64,000 bases of DNA from contig JAUZTB010000027.1 of NCBI GenBank assembly GCA_034780895.1, positions 26,565,864-26,629,863 on the forward strand, given 5' to 3'. Below are positions 11,398 through 25,099 of this stretch, in pieces (the stretch's first letter is position 1; every line of letters starts with the position of its first letter). A program made the translations under genes and the position numbers. A model generated the notes under the pieces. That model searched no databases. It was not told where the DNA came from and saw only the letters and a list, made by a program, of their open reading frames with translations. The stretch is from Rhynchobatus australiae. Lineage: Eukaryota.

Positions 11398-12846
11398 TGA
11401 ACAATTTTATTGATGCTTTAACTGGGAGACCTCAGACTTTCCGAACAACCAAGGTTTACAGTCAATATGTTTTGCCATATCTATCACTTTGTCAGCTTAG
11501 TGGAGCTGTCATCTTCACCCTTGCTTGCAATTCCCAGGATTCTGCTGGTTGAACATATGGAGAATATTTCAGAATCCATCAGTCTGATTATGCTGTTGCA
11601 ACTGCTCTTGTTCTACCAAGATTTCTCATCACAGAAGATTGAGGACCAGTGACCCTAATTTACAATTCTATTTTAGCAGACGAACACAGCATCTTCTCCT
11701 CTAGGCCTTAACCCAAGAAATTTTTGCTTGGTGTAGGGAAGTATTTAAGTAGCTTTGGTGTAACAACTACTGCCAGGATGGTGCCTCTTATCCAACTTAG
11801 AAAACTTAATGATCAATACCTTTGCTACTCCTGGCCTATGACAAGTCAAATGTTGCACCTTCCTCACAAGCCTTTTGCACAAGGCAAAATGTAGATGTTA
11901 CGTCTTTCCACAGGACCTGTAAAATATCTGCCAACGAGAACTTTCAGTGCTGAAAACTGAGTAGATTGTGAAGGCTACAGGCTACCTATGGGATCCCAGC
12001 AGTTACTATAACTGTCAGGGTGTACGTTTACTACTCCTGTCTGCTATGAATAACTGGCAATCTCTGGGGATTAANNNNNNNNNNTAACTATTAGGTGACC
12101 ATGCCCAACAGTTCATTGATAAATATCTTGATATTGTTGGCTATGACAACTAGATATGTACAGGAGACATTTCAGAACTTTTAACTCACACCACTTGAGT
12201 CACTCCTCTAGGTCTTGCAAATATAGATTTTCAACAACAAGCTAGACTCAGGTAATGTGAGGGGAATAATTTGATGCGAGGTACAAATATATATATATTT
12301 TCTTGGATGTCCAGAAAAAGGATTTTAAATCTATGATGAAAGATGAAATATGTGGATGTTGTACACCTGAAAGGTAAATAGTAAATCCTAGAAATACTGA
12401 GGAGGTCAGGTGGCAGAAGTGGAGAGAGAAACAGTTAATTCATTGTGTCCATGGCCTCTGGTCAGAAGTGGAAAATATTACAGATACAATAGTTTTAGAC
12501 AAGCACTGTGGCGGGGAAAGGGCATTGTTTCGCTAGTTGAAGTATTGTATGCAAATAACATCTGTTGGACTTGGCATTTCCTTCACTGCGTTGACTTTTG
12601 CTGAATCTGATTTCAGACCAACTCTGGTGACCATGACCTATGAAGGAGACTTCCTTCATTTGGAACTTCAAATTTCGCTTGAACAGCTTCATTGCTTCTC
12701 CATACACATGCTCATCAGGGCTCTCCTGTGAGAGGCTTTGTCACTAAGCTGACAAAGTGATAGATATGGCAAAGCATATTGACTGTAAACCTTGTTTTTT
12801 CGGAAAGTCTGAGGTCTCCAAGTTAAAGTATCAATAAAATTGTTCA
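11398..12846. repeat. 105-bp inverted repeat pair (11398-11502 / 12742-12846) with TG...CA outer ends
   Basis: Manual alignment gives 100/105 identity between the left arm and the reverse complement of the right arm; no target-site duplication is visible. Confidence 0.9.
12520..12735 (-). mobile_element. Gypsy/Ty3 LTR-retrotransposon RT fragment
   Basis: Minus translation LFKRNLKFQMKEVSFIGH / VTRVGLKSDSAKVNAVKEMPSPTD (one frameshift) matches the Gypsy RT C-terminal motif EVxFxGHxxTxxGLKPDPxKVxAxxxMPxPTD. Confidence 0.8.
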
Positions 12847-13329
12847 AGCCTTTCCTGTTATCATTCACTCTACCTGTAGACCCATCTTTTGTTTTGTTGC
12901 CTGTTCTATTTTACTTCTGTCTTGCTATGAACCATCACCCCTTTCATTATTTATCTTCCCCTACCTCCCACCCCATCCAAATCCTTCCTCTCCTTTCTTT
13001 CCATCACCCCTCTCTCCCTGCTTCTGCAACTATTACATCTGCAACATTTTCCAGTTCTAATGGGAAATCACAGCCTTAAAAATGTTGGCTCTGTTTCTTC
13101 CCATTCATACCTATGATTTGTTTGCAGTAGCAGAATGTTTATCTTGCCACTTTTGCTAAAGTGAAGTCTGAAGGGAGAATTACTTAATCCTTAGTGACAT
13201 AAAATTCAGTGTGCACTTATTTTACCATATTATGCGGAAACTTATGTTCATAGGATTCTGTAACATCTTGATAAATAAAACAAAACTGAAAATCCTCTGC
13301 ATTTATTGCACTACATTTGCTAATCACAA

Positions 13330-13660
13330 AGTGGTCCCTTCTGCATTTGAGGAGATTGAACATAGACCTTGCAGAACACCTCCATTAATTCACGAACATG
13401 ACCCAAGCTACTGTATGCTTGCCATCTTGATTCTCCACTCCAGTAGTACTTTGATTTCTCTGCACTCTGTTTCTTACCCTGTACTTTCAAAGCTCAGTGG
13501 AAGTTCATGCAACATTGCCTCATCTTTCAATTAAGCACATTACAGCTTTCAGCAAAACAACTTCAATAATTTCAGGTCATAACCACCAATCTCATTTTTT
13601 TCAGATGAGGCTTGCTGTAATTAACCTGCTTCTCCTATTTAAGCCTCCTCTCAATCCATT
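13330..13660 (+). mobile_element. Ancient L2-like LINE 3' fragment
   Basis: Weak motif SxKHITAFSKT in L2-like context; highly decayed. Confidence 0.3.
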
Positions 13661-16600
13661 CACCATCACAGCACCATCCTCTTTTTGTCTTGCATCATCA
13701 ACCTTTTGTGTTATGTAATCTCTCCTGCTTTCCACACAAACTTTCCTCTCAGCTGCACTATTCCCTGCTCAGTATTTCCTCAAAACCTTTGCATTCCTAA
13801 TTTTTGTTTTGAAACAGTTCTGAAGAAAGGTCATCCTCCTAACACAACTCTATATCTTTCAATGCATATACAGCCTGACCTGTTGAATTTCACCAGAGTT
13901 TTCTGTCTTTATTTCAGATTTCCAGGTTCTGCAGTATTTGATCTTGGTGATTAGATTTCATAACCTTGTTAATTTTGTAATGCAAAGACAACCCCAAGGC
14001 AATTCTCAATGACAGCTGAAAAGGGAGATATTAACAAAACACAGACAGTAAAGGAGTATTAAATCAGCCCCCTTCACTCCTTCGAATTCTTTTGACTTGC
14101 AAGAAAACTCAGTTGATACATTGGAGGAAACAGGAACCAAATCCAAACGAATGGCTTCCTTTTTTTTATTGCTCTCTGGGTTTCTCTCTGCTGTTGAAAC
14201 CTCAAAGAATTTACAGTGATTATTAATATGGATCAGTCAACCAGATGGAGTTTATTGCCATGAGTGTGATGAGCCCTTTCAAATTCGCTATAATCAGCTC
14301 TTGTGGGGAAAGGGATAAATTAGATTTCTGACCCTTTGTACTCCCTCAGAAGATATGCTGAAATGGATTTACTTGTATTATATTGCCTGATGGGAATCTG
14401 GCTAATTTTTTTTTGGTTCCAGTACTTTGAGGGAACTGTGAGTAATTGCTGTGATCAGGCATTGACTTAACCATGGTTAATGGGGTGTATATTTCATAAA
14501 CCTATAAACAAAGAACTGCACAGGGTGCCCATGCCAGGTTGTCTCTGTGCTGAAACACCAGTTCTGATCCAGAAAATCTAGAGGGGGATTTTGATTACAG
14601 AAATTGAGACATAGTCTGTTGAGTAACCACGTAGAGGTGCTCTGGACATTTGCTGACCTAACTAAAGCTCGAGCGGGCTGTCAAAAAGTCCATTCCAGTT
14701 TGGCATTTTCATGGAGCCTGGATCCCTTCCTTTTCCTGGGAAGTGGTGGTCAACTCCAAATCAACACTTGTGGAGCCAATAATGATGTGGTCATAGAAGA
14801 TGAAGGTCTCAGCCACCCAAAGTTTTAGTGCTGAAATGAGAGTTCAGATGATACCTACCCAGGGTCAGTTGGAGCTGGCCACGTTCAGTCCACTGTGTCA
14901 TGCATCTGGAGTTCATTGTTACCAGGAACCTTGAGGATGTCATAGGACTCCAGCAAGTTGCTAAGCCAACTGCTGTCTTGCCTTGGGGAAGGATCAATGG
15001 GTTTGTGGAGTTCAGGATGAGAATATTCTTGTTCTCTTCACTATATCTCCAACAATGACCTTGCATTTAGGTGCCACCCAGGCAGGTACATCATGCTCAT
15101 AGCAGTAGGCAATCATTTTGCACCATATATACTATAAGGTCATGATTATGCATTGTGATCTTTTTATAATCAATATCCATGGAATATACCTGGAAGTTCA
15201 GCCCTGGAGAAAATAAAGGTAGTGACCACACATTGTACTATATTTGCAAAATTCAATTTCATCCACTTCAGTATAACTTCAGTGGCAGAGTCCAACACAC
15301 AGATGCTAATATTTAGCAACTTTAACACAACTGAGCAAGGATGATTTTCTATTCAGTAGTACTTAATAGGATTGCACAAAGTTACAGTCCAAAAGTAGCT
15401 ATTGCTTTGGTTCTCAGCAAAGGAATGTCTTTAAATTTCTTCTTCACCTGGTGAAGTAATGTCAAATAAAAGAAAAATATTACATTTGGCAAGGGCTGCA
15501 TTCTAGGATTTTCAGACAACCTCGGGAGGGGTTTCTATATTGGTCCATCTTAGTCTTTCTCATCTTGTTACAGTGTGCCAGCGCAAACTCACCTTTCCCA
15601 AAGCCATCTGTCCTCTGTACCAGCCCAATTTCACCTTGATGCTATTCATCCTCTGTGTATTCTCTGGTCTTCCTAAAATACAATTCACTACATCTGCTTG
15701 AATGTATAGTTGTTCAATTTCTCCCAACAGCCTACAGTGAATCATTACAGAAGGTATTTGTGAGAAATAACCATATAATAGCAAAATAGAAACTGAGGAA
15801 GATGTTGCCAAGATTGAGCACAGCTCATGGTTCAGGGAAATGAAAATATATTTACATCTATTCTTGAAGTTGGCTGTGTGACAAGTCAGCNNNNNNNNNN
15901 NNNNNNNNNNNNNNNNNNNNNNNNNNNNNNNNNNNNNNNNNNNNNNNNNNNNNNNNNNNNNNNNNNNNNNNNTAAACACCATTTTGTAATGACCATGAGG
16001 CTACAGAAGATACTAGATGGTAACACACATCAAGAATAAGAACACTTATGCCACAGAACCTGCTTAATTTTCGATGTGAATACATGAGAATCAATGGTAC
16101 TCATGTGGCACCACCAGGGAGAGGAAGATTGAGCTTGAAGGAATAGAGAGATTCATGACAGAAAAAGCCAGGTTAGATTGAAAATGGTAGAGAGCAAGAA
16201 TCTATGACAGTCATGCCATTAAGACAGGAAAAGTAAGGGAAGAAGAAGTCTTCTGAATTTTCATGGACTGGTTCTTTTGAAGTTAACAGTGATTATGTCC
16301 CTTTGCTCATGACTGAAAACTCCAGTTAATCTGAAACCAAGGTAAAGGATGAAGTGAGAATGAGTGGAGATGTACATATCAAAAGATGCAAGATTGGAAA
16401 AAGACATAAAACAGTAAAACAGAGGGAGGGGGACAGAAAGGAAAAGAGATTTATCATTTTGTTATTTAAATGTTATTAACAGTTGTTCTGCATTTATTTA
16501 ATTATATTAAATTACAAAATGATATTTAACACATCAATAAATACACCATATGCATATGCTAATGCTTTCAAATTTATATTTAAAACAATGTTTTGGTGCA

Positions 16601-17019
16601 GCAGTTACATGGTACATTTTAATTCTGATAATATTCATTTGAATTATGAATATGGAACACAGTTTCTATACCTGTAATGATATTAATAACATACAAGAAT
16701 CAGTTAAAAATGGAATGTTATTAACCAATACAAATACATTGTACAATGCAACTATAAATAATGAATTACATGTGCAATAAATTACAATCAGTGCAACATT
16801 CAGATACAATCAAAATCAAGAACAATTCAAGCAGTCCCTCACATCGATCCGGCATTGTTTATTTGAGAGATACTCACAGTGTAAGGATAGATTGAGAAAG
16901 CTCAAAACTCACTAAGGTGGTCAGCTTTGCCATCACAATCACCTGTTCGTAAGAAGCAAAATAAGAGGTACTTCTGCATATTGAACTGCACTTAATGAAA
17001 GATATTAAACATATAAAAA

Positions 17020-17360
17020 AGAAAGAAGGAATTGGCATTTATTTAGCACCTCACACCTCCTCAGGATGTCCCAAAGTGATTCCTAGCCAATGAAGCACTG
17101 CTGAAATGTTGCTCGTAGGTAAATATAGCAACCGACAGATGCACAAAAGTTCCCACAAATTAGAATTAAGTAAATAATTAATTAATTCTGATAAATTGGT
17201 TGAGGAATAAATGTTAGGCAGAGCATTGGAAGGAACGTCCTGACTTTTCTTCAATTGTACCAAGTGTTCTTTTACATTTACCTCACTAATTGGAGAGAGT
17301 TTCATTTGATTTCTCTTCTGAGAGATGGCTCCATGATAATGTGATAGGGCCCATAGCCTC
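17020..17360 (-). mobile_element. Deu-domain SINE (SacSINE1-like)
   Basis: ttggcatttatttagcacc...ctcaggatgtcccaaagtg...agccaatgaagcac...gttgaggaataaatgttaggcag resembles the reverse-complemented DeuSINE 3' part and Deu domain. Confidence 0.65.
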
Positions 17361-17708
17361 AGCAGTTTGAAAGGAGAACTGATCTCACAGAAATATATGA
17401 AAACATAAGGGTGTTTGACAGGATAGATGCTATGAGAACATTTCTCCTGGTGNNNNNNNNNNNNNNNNNNNNNNNNNNNNNNNNNNNNNNNNNNNNNNNN
17501 NNNNNNNNNNNNNNNNNNNNNNNNNNNNNNNNNNNNNNNNNNNNNNNNNNNNNNNNNNNNNNNNNNNNNNNNNNNNNNNNNNNNNNNNNNNNNNNNNNNN
17601 NNNNNNNNNNNNNNNNNNNNNNNNNNNNNNNNNNNNNNNNNNNNNNNNNNNNNNNNNNNNNNNNNNNNNNNNNNNNNNNNNNNNNNNNNNNNNNNNNNNN
17701 NNNNNNNN

Positions 17709-17990
17709 CAGTTATAGAGAAAGTGCAGCGCAGGCAGACAAATAAGGTGCAAGGGCCATGACAAGGTAGATTGAGAGGTCAAGAGTTTATCTTTATTGTA
17801 AAAGAGGTCTGTTCAAGAGCCTTTTAACAGTGGGTTAGAAGCTGTCCTTGAACCTGGTGGTTTATGTTTTCAAGCTTTAGTATCTTCTGCCTAATGGAAA
17901 TAGGAAGGAAAGAGAATGACAGGGTGGGAGGGCCCTTTGATTATGTTGGCTGCTTTCTCGAGGCAGTGGGAAGGGTAGACAGAAGTATAG
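17709..17990 (-). mobile_element. Rex1/Babar LINE 3' fragment
   Basis: ggtctgttcaagagcc...agaagctgtccttgaacctggtgg...tatcttctgcctaatgg is the reverse complement of the Rex1 ORF end (LPSGRR...NSFxP). Confidence 0.6.
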
Positions 17991-18509
17991 ATGGGGGATG
18001 GGGCAGGAATGTGGAGTGGAGGCCAAAGATTTGCTCAATTATGATCTTGTACCGAATGATGGATCAGGCTTGAGGAGAGCGTGGCACACCCCTGGTCCCA
18101 TTCCTGATGTACATTTGTCCTTATGTAGTCATTCTAGTTGGCACCACTGCTGCAATTGACCATCCATTCCACAAAAGCCACAGTCTTTTGCTCCCTCCCA
18201 TTTTCTGTTCTTCCCTCCCCCCACCAAACCAAAATCTCCACCTCACATTCCCAGTGTCTCATGTCCTCCCTTCTCATTGCTTTGAACAGCGTCCAGAGGT
18301 CCACAGCTACAGCTTCCAGCTGCTGATTTACTACCCATTGGTCCACCATTTTTGCCAGCTTCTCCAATGGCAAGGGGCAAGGAGAGTATCCTGAGGTCCT
18401 GCTGTTAAATTTGGCAAACTCTCCTCAGACTCTTGTTTTCCTGGATTTTCCTGGGTACCACATTCCCAGCCTCAGGTCTCGGATTTCTGCATGATGTTTA
18501 GCATAAAGG

Positions 18510-19740
18510 ACTTTACAGAACAGTGGATCATTCAGCCCCTTCAGCTGCTTCCAACATTTAATTAGATCACAGGTAATCTGAACCTCAATTCCATTTACTT
18601 GCATCTAATTGTATCTCTTTATAGACGTACCTAACAACAACCTAAGGATCTCAACCTTGAGCATTTCAATTGATCCAGCAAGCAGAACCTTTCACAGACG
18701 GAATTCCACACTTGTTATCCTTACCTTTTGAGGGAAGAAGTGTTTCCTGACTTCACACTTTAATTGCCTATCTTTACTTTAGATTATACCCCATTACCTT
18801 GGATTCCCCATCAGACCTAAAGCTTCTCTGTATCTACTCCACTGTGTCATCACTTTAAAGAGCTCAGTTAAATCAGCCCTCAACTTTCTAAGTACAGAGG
18901 ATGAAACCTAAACTGTCTATCTGCAAATTTGACTATCTAAGCCTCAATATAATTTTGGCAAACCTGACTCCAACCCCAATTTATTCTTCTCAAAGTGTGG
19001 GGGATCAGAAATGCATTCAGTACTCCTGATGGGTCTGATCAAATTTCTGCCCAACTGAAACATGTCTGCTAATCTGTGTTGTTACTCTCTGTCAATAAAG
19101 GCCCACATTACAACCGTATTTTATCTTATTGCAATGAAATTCAGTAACGTGTGTCTGTGTACTAGACCCTTTGCTCTGTTGCAGTTTCTAGTTTTCTACT
19201 ATTCCACTTACTCTTCCTTTTAGCCAATGATACAGCTGCGCATTGAACTGCAGTCATCACAGTTGTACTCATCTGTTTAATTCACACAAATTCTTTTGTA
19301 GACCTGCTTTCATCCATATAACCTCTTAGCTTTGTGCGTTCTGCAAATTCAGATGCAGGGTTCTGTTCTTTTATCTTGGCCATTAATACATACATTGAAA
19401 TACAGATGCCTAGGAAGCATCACTTGTCACATTCCACTAACCAGTATATTTTTTTCTATCCCTACTGTTTGTCCCTTACCTTTCAACTAATTTTCAAGAT
19501 TACTTCGTTACATCTACTTTTGTTTTATTGATAATTTTGTGGAGGCTTATCAAATGCCTGCTGGAGGTTCATACAAAATATATCAGGAGGCACTCCCCTA
19601 TCCAGCTTCAGAGTAAACTCCTCCAGACTTCATCGAGTCAGACATGATCTAGCCTTCACAAAGCTATGCTGATTCCCTTTGATCAGCTGATATTTGTCCA
19701 AATGCTGAGTCATTCCTCTCCCTGATGATAGATTCCAGGA
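18510..19740 (-). mobile_element. Ancient CR1 LINE (RT region to 3' end)
   Basis: Minus translation near 19540-19680: QHSFVKARSCLT...LDRGVPPDIFCMNLQQAFDK, matching CR1 RT QHGFxKGRSCLT...VDxGxxVDxxYxDFQKAFDK; CR1-like 3' UTR near 18510-18700. Confidence 0.7.
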
Positions 19741-22700
19741 CCTTACCTTTTAATGTTTATCTTCCAAATCATAAAGTTACAAATGTGCAAGATCCATCTT
19801 GAGTAAAACAACATATTCAACAGTTTTCAAATGAAATGTTCCATAGAAAAGAACACAAATATGCTTATCTTGAGCAAAAAATACCCTTAATCAAAAATAG
19901 TTTAATATTTCATATCAGTTATTCATCAGGGTACTAATACATAAAATATAAAAGGCTAGAAATTCCTTCACAGAGCACAATCTTTCTGTGAAGGAACGTA
20001 AATTGTAAACCCGCTGGGTAAACATACATCATGCAGCATCCATGATGAGCAACAACGGGCGTGCTCAACGTCATGCCGATATGCCATTCCCATTGAAACT
20101 CAAATAGTTAAAAAAGAGCTTTTGCTGGTGGTTTCAGCAAAATTGAAACCACATATTTGAAGAAGGATACTTGGGTTTCAAACAAATGTTTTTTCTGTCA
20201 TTTGGAAGAGCCGTCCATGAGATGGAGTTGGGACATTGGCAGGTTCATTTCTGAGAAGATTGTGATTGATGTGCTGGGGAAAAGATGGAGCATTTACAAT
20301 GCTTTCTTTCTGACATTTGCCTCTTGCTATGTTGTTGACTGATAGTAAATCTGTGAGTTGGCTTAACTCTGCTCTCTTGTGTGCTTGGTCATTCTTCAAT
20401 GGATATGGAACAGGGATGGATGACCAATCTGCTCTTGCCAGTTTGGGGTAGGTGGAGTGAGGTGCCCTTGGTGGGAGGGTGNNNNNNNNNNNNNNNNNNN
20501 NNNNNNNNNNNNNNNNNNNNNNNNNNNNNNNNNNNNNNNNNNNNNNNNNNNNNNNNNNNNNNNNNNNNNNNNNNNNNNNNNNNNNNNNNNNNNNNNNNNN
20601 NNNNNNNNNNNNNNNNNNNNNNNNNNNNNNNNNNNNNNNNNNNNNNNNNNNNNNNNNNNNNNNNNNNNNNNNNNNNNNNNNNNNNNNNNNNNNNNNNNNN
20701 NNNNNNNNNNNNNNNNNNNNNNNNNGTAATGATCTCACTGCCTTCTGAAATCCCCGCCACCACACACCTGTGAGCACCATCCTGCCACCCTTTCCTGCTC
20801 ACTATTTTGCCTCTTGCCAGCTTTGTCAGCTCATGACCACCATCACTTCAGCATCGGCTGCATGCTCTATTCTCTTCCCCACAATCACCATCTAACCATC
20901 TTGCATTCACATCAAATACAATGAGCCTTAATATCTGTTATTTTTCCCATTTGCACCAACAATGTTTCCTTCTTGTGATCCCATCTCATTCCCCCATCAC
21001 CCAAGCTCTACCCATCATTTCATCCCCATCTTGTTCCTCTAAATTGCTTTCACTCCACCTCATGATCAGATATCACCTTTTATAATTTCCATCTTGCACC
21101 CTCCCCCTCAGCGTGGCATACCACCCCCTGAAATCCACCCACACTCCCCGTCCTCATTCTCACAATAGACCTACCCGAACCTCTGTCTGTCCTACGACAC
21201 TTTTTCCAGGATAAAGAGCGTTCAGGCAGACAGATAGGAATCCCAAAGCAAAAATTAATGCAAGCCCTCCAGTTAAAAACTACAAAATGTACTTGAGGCC
21301 TCCATTCCCCATAACCCAGTTGGGCTTCAGTAAATGTTGGGGCCAAAATTCTGGAAGTGTTTTCGCTTTCTTAATTGTTTATTGGGCTCAAAAGCAGGTA
21401 TAATTTTATGTGTTCAGTCTGTGAATTTGCATGATTTTCATGAAAACAGATATATGCATTATTCTTGCATTTTTAGGCAGTGATTACAGGTGAAATGCAT
21501 TGTGGGCAATTTTGGACATGATAAATTACTGTAATTTGTCAGTTTGCAAGAACATGACTCATTAGTTTTAACTTGATGTAAACCCTGCAGGACAATAACA
21601 TACATTATAATAAAATATCTTAAAGAAATGACCAGCCCCAGTATAATTTTTTGAAACCTTACTACAAAACTCTGCATTGGGGCAGGTAATTTTTAACCAT
21701 GTTGTGCACTGAAGGATGAACATCCATTTATAATCCTTTCTGTCCAGATTAACCAGAAATAAACATGCTTTGTTCCTTTTTGCTCAGTGATTCAGATATA
21801 AAAATGATGGCTGACTCCGATTGCTGTTGGTACCTGAATTGTGCACCTCAAATATCTGCCCCAGTTGTGCTCTGTTCTAAAAATGTCCAAAAATTCTTTC
21901 AGACAGTATCATGAAATGTCAGAGGAATTGTATAGAACAGCTACAAGCTACAGATAGAGAAGTTAGTTTGAAACCAGCAGTCAAAGCTTCTCACATTGGT
22001 GTCCCAGGGAAGAAGGGGGAAATTTGAAGGGTCTGTTGTAGACTCCTACTGTGGTGGATTTCTTATTGCTGCCAGTACATCAAGTGGGATGTACCCTTGA
22101 GTTCAGATTTAACAATCCACTTTTCTGAGTCATAAGGGACCCCATGCCACGATTCCTTTTTCCTTTTGTGTAACGGACTCTGGGATAAGCACTTTTACCA
22201 GTGCTTCAGATGTGCTTGTTTGGAAATTCTGGTCAGGGAAGAGGAAGCAAGACCGAGACAGAAAGCCCCAAATAGGGGGGCCTGCATGACCTCAAAGCTC
22301 AACCACCAAATAGAAGCAGAAAGAGAGGAGACAGGCAGCGTTAGAACAGGTGTTGTTGATGGCTCACCTGCTGTACTAATGACTATTTGTTTCTCCGCCG
22401 CTTTATTGTTTACTGGAATTTTGACAAGCTCCCAGTGATTATAATCACAAGTAATAGGAAGAGGGTGAGGATCATTCATCTCCAAGCCTCTTCTGCTTTT
22501 CAATTGGGTCATAGTTTCTCCAACATTCATTGTCCATTTTCCTGCCCTTTTGCCACAACCTTTTATTCCTTTACAGATCAGAAATTTATCTATGTCACCC
22601 TCAAGAATACACAAGGACCATGCCCCTACAGTTCTCTATGACAGGGAGTTTCAAAGACTCATCTCAGTCTCAAATGGATGCTCCTTGTCTGGTCCTGGAT

Positions 22701-22939
22701 TCTCCAATGAGAAGAAAATCCACTTAGCATTTATCCTTTCTAGCCCCCCTGAGAATCCTAAATCTTTCGACAAGATTGCCAAAACTCTAAGTCCCAACCA
22801 TTTCTTGTAGGATAATAACTCCATCTCTGGGCTCATCCTAGTGAACCTTCCCTGAATTGCCTACAATGAAAGATCTTTCCTTAAACAGGGGGACCAACAC
22901 GGCCCGATGTGGTCTCACTAGTGCTTTGTAAATTTTTAC

Positions 22940-23160
22940 ATTTTATTGACAGCGTGGTAATAGGCCCTTCTGGCCCAACGAGTCTGCACCGCCCATTTTA
23001 AACCCAGGTTAACCTACCCGTATGTCTTTGGAATGTGGGAGGAAACTGGAGCAACTGGAGGAAACCCGCGCAAACACAGGAGAACGTACAAACTCCTTAC
23101 AGACAGTGATGGGAATTGAACCCCGATCACTGGCACTGTAATAGCATCGTGCTAACAATT
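22940..23160 (-). mobile_element. tRNA-derived V-SINE (HE1-like)
   Basis: gtctttggaatgtgggaggaaactggag...gaaacccgcgcaaacacaggagaacgtacaaactcc is the V-domain (reverse complement); ggaattgaacccc is a reverse-complemented B-box-like motif. Confidence 0.85.
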
Positions 23161-23469
23161 GCTGTAAGATTTCCCTGCTTTTATTTTCCAAACTCTTTGA
23201 TATAAGGACCAATATTCCATGAGTCTTCCTTACTACCCATTGCACTTGGGTGCCAGCTTTGCATTGTATGTACAAGAACTTCCAAATCCCTGTGTCCTGC
23301 AGCTTTCTGTAGTTTTTCTCCATTTCAAAAATTGTTCTTTTGTTCTTCTTTCCAAAATGAACAACTTCACATTATTCTAAAATATAAATTTGCTACCTTT
23401 CTATATTTTCTGCCAAAGTGAATGATCTCACATTTTCCACATTATCTTCCATATCCTTGTCCATTCATT

Positions 23470-24650
23470 TAATGGTTAATAAGGTGAGGGTAGTGGAAGT
23501 AGTATACGTGGACTTGAGCAAAACATTCAATGAAGTCCCTGATGGAAAGCTGATCCAGAAGATTAAGGCACGTGGAATCCACAGAGACTTGGTAGAAGGG
23601 ATTTAAAATTGCCTTGGCCATAGAAGACAGACGTTGGTGGGGGAGGGATTTTATTCTGACTGGAGGTCTGTGGTGTTCCGCAGGGATCAGTGTTGGGACG
23701 TCTGTGATATTCTGCAGTGATCAGTGTTGGGACGTCTGTGATATAAATAAATGATTTGCACAAAGATATAGGTGGTCTGATTAGTAAGCTTCCAGGTGAC
23801 ACAAAATTTGGCAGAGTTGTGGATAGTGAGGAAGGTTGTCAAAGGATACAGCAGGATCTAGACCAGTTAGGTAGAGTTCAATCTGGACAAGTGTGAGGTG
23901 TTGCACTTTGGGAGATCAAATATGAAAGGAAAGTTAACAGTAAATAGCAGGACCCTTGGGAGCACTGATGTACAGAGGGATCTTTGGGTGCAAATTCATA
24001 GCTCCCTGAAAGTGGGAACACAAGTGGTTAGTACGGTAATGAAGGAATATGGTATTTATGCCTTTATCAGTTGGGATATTGAGTATAAAAGTTGGCAATT
24101 GTGTTGCAGCTGTATGAAACATTGGTTAGGTCACTTCTGGAGTATTGTGTGCAGTTCTGATTGCCACATTACAGGAAGGATGTGGAGGCTTTGGAGAGGA
24201 GGTTCACCAGGATGCTGCCTGGATTAGAGAGATTGGATAAACTTAGATCGTTTTCTCTGGAATAACTGAGGCTGAGGGAGACCTGATAGAAGTATAAAAT
24301 TATGAGAGGCATTGATTGGGTAGATTTTCCGTCTTTTTCTCAGGAGAGAAATGTCAAATACTAAAGGGCATAGCTTTAAGATGAGAGGGGGAAAGTTTAA
24401 AGGAGATATGCGAAGCAAGTTTTTTTTAAGAAACAAACTTAAGTGGTAGATGCCTGAAATGTGCTGCTGGGAAGGTGGTGGAAGTAGGTATAAAGGCGAT
24501 GTTTAATCGGCATTTAATAGGCACATGAATAGACCAGGAATGGAGGGACCCAGACCATGTGCAGAGAGATAGGATTAGTTTAAATTAGCATCATGGTCAG
24601 CACAGACATTGTGGGCTGAAGGGCCTGTACCTGTGCTGTAGTGTTCTGTG
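23470..24650 (+). mobile_element. CR1 LINE, 5'-truncated (RT to 3' tail)
   Basis: VEVVYVDLSKTFNEVPDGKLIQKIKARGI, VPQGSVLG, INDL...SKLPGDTKFG, LHFGRSN; ends in the CR1 3' UTR ...gggctgaagggcctgtacctgtgctgtagtgttctgtgtt. Confidence 0.9.
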
Positions 24651-25099
24651 TTTTAAATTCTAACCTATGTCCACTGAAGACTTTTCACATCCTCATCACA
24701 CCCCATATTGCCACTCAGCCTTGTATCACCAGTAAACTTAAATATATTGTNNNNNNNNNNNNNNNNNNNNNNNNNNNNNNNNNNNNNNNNNNNNNNNNNN
24801 NNNNNNNNNNNNNNNNNNNNNNNNNNNNNNNNNNNNNNNNNNNNNNNNNNACCAGTAAACTTAAATATATTGTACGTGGTCCCTTCAACAAAAGTCATTG
24901 GTGTAGGTCATGAATATCTGTAGCCCCAGCACCAATCTCTGTGACACTCCACTGGTCATAGCCTCCCAACCTGAAAATGACCTGTTTATTCTGACTCACT
25001 GTTTTCTGTTTGTAAATCTGTCCTCAGTCCGTGCCAGTATCATACCCTCAATAATGCATCTTCCAGCTTATTTAATGATCTTTGTGTGACACAAATTGA

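Larger units (their letters stand above)
22470..25090 (-). mobile_element. Older CR1 LINE, interrupted by a V-SINE and a younger plus-strand CR1
   Basis: CR1 3' UTR at ~22480-22700; ORF2 pieces at 23160-23460 and 24660-25090 (e.g. minus NIFKFTGDTRLSGNMGCDEDVKSLQ, like KFADDTKLGGxVxxEEDxxxLQ). Confidence 0.75.

Noticed and set aside
14400-15070. Possible Tx1-like LINE remnant on the minus strand (EHLY...GHPV)
   Set aside because: The motifs are too sparse to call.
18134-18373. Other possible Myb/SANT-like remnants (also ~20340-20750, 41700-41930, 61020-61420)
   Set aside because: Similarity is too weak to support without an HMM search.
23685-23742. Local ~34-bp tandem duplication
   Set aside because: An ordinary slippage duplication inside a dead CR1.
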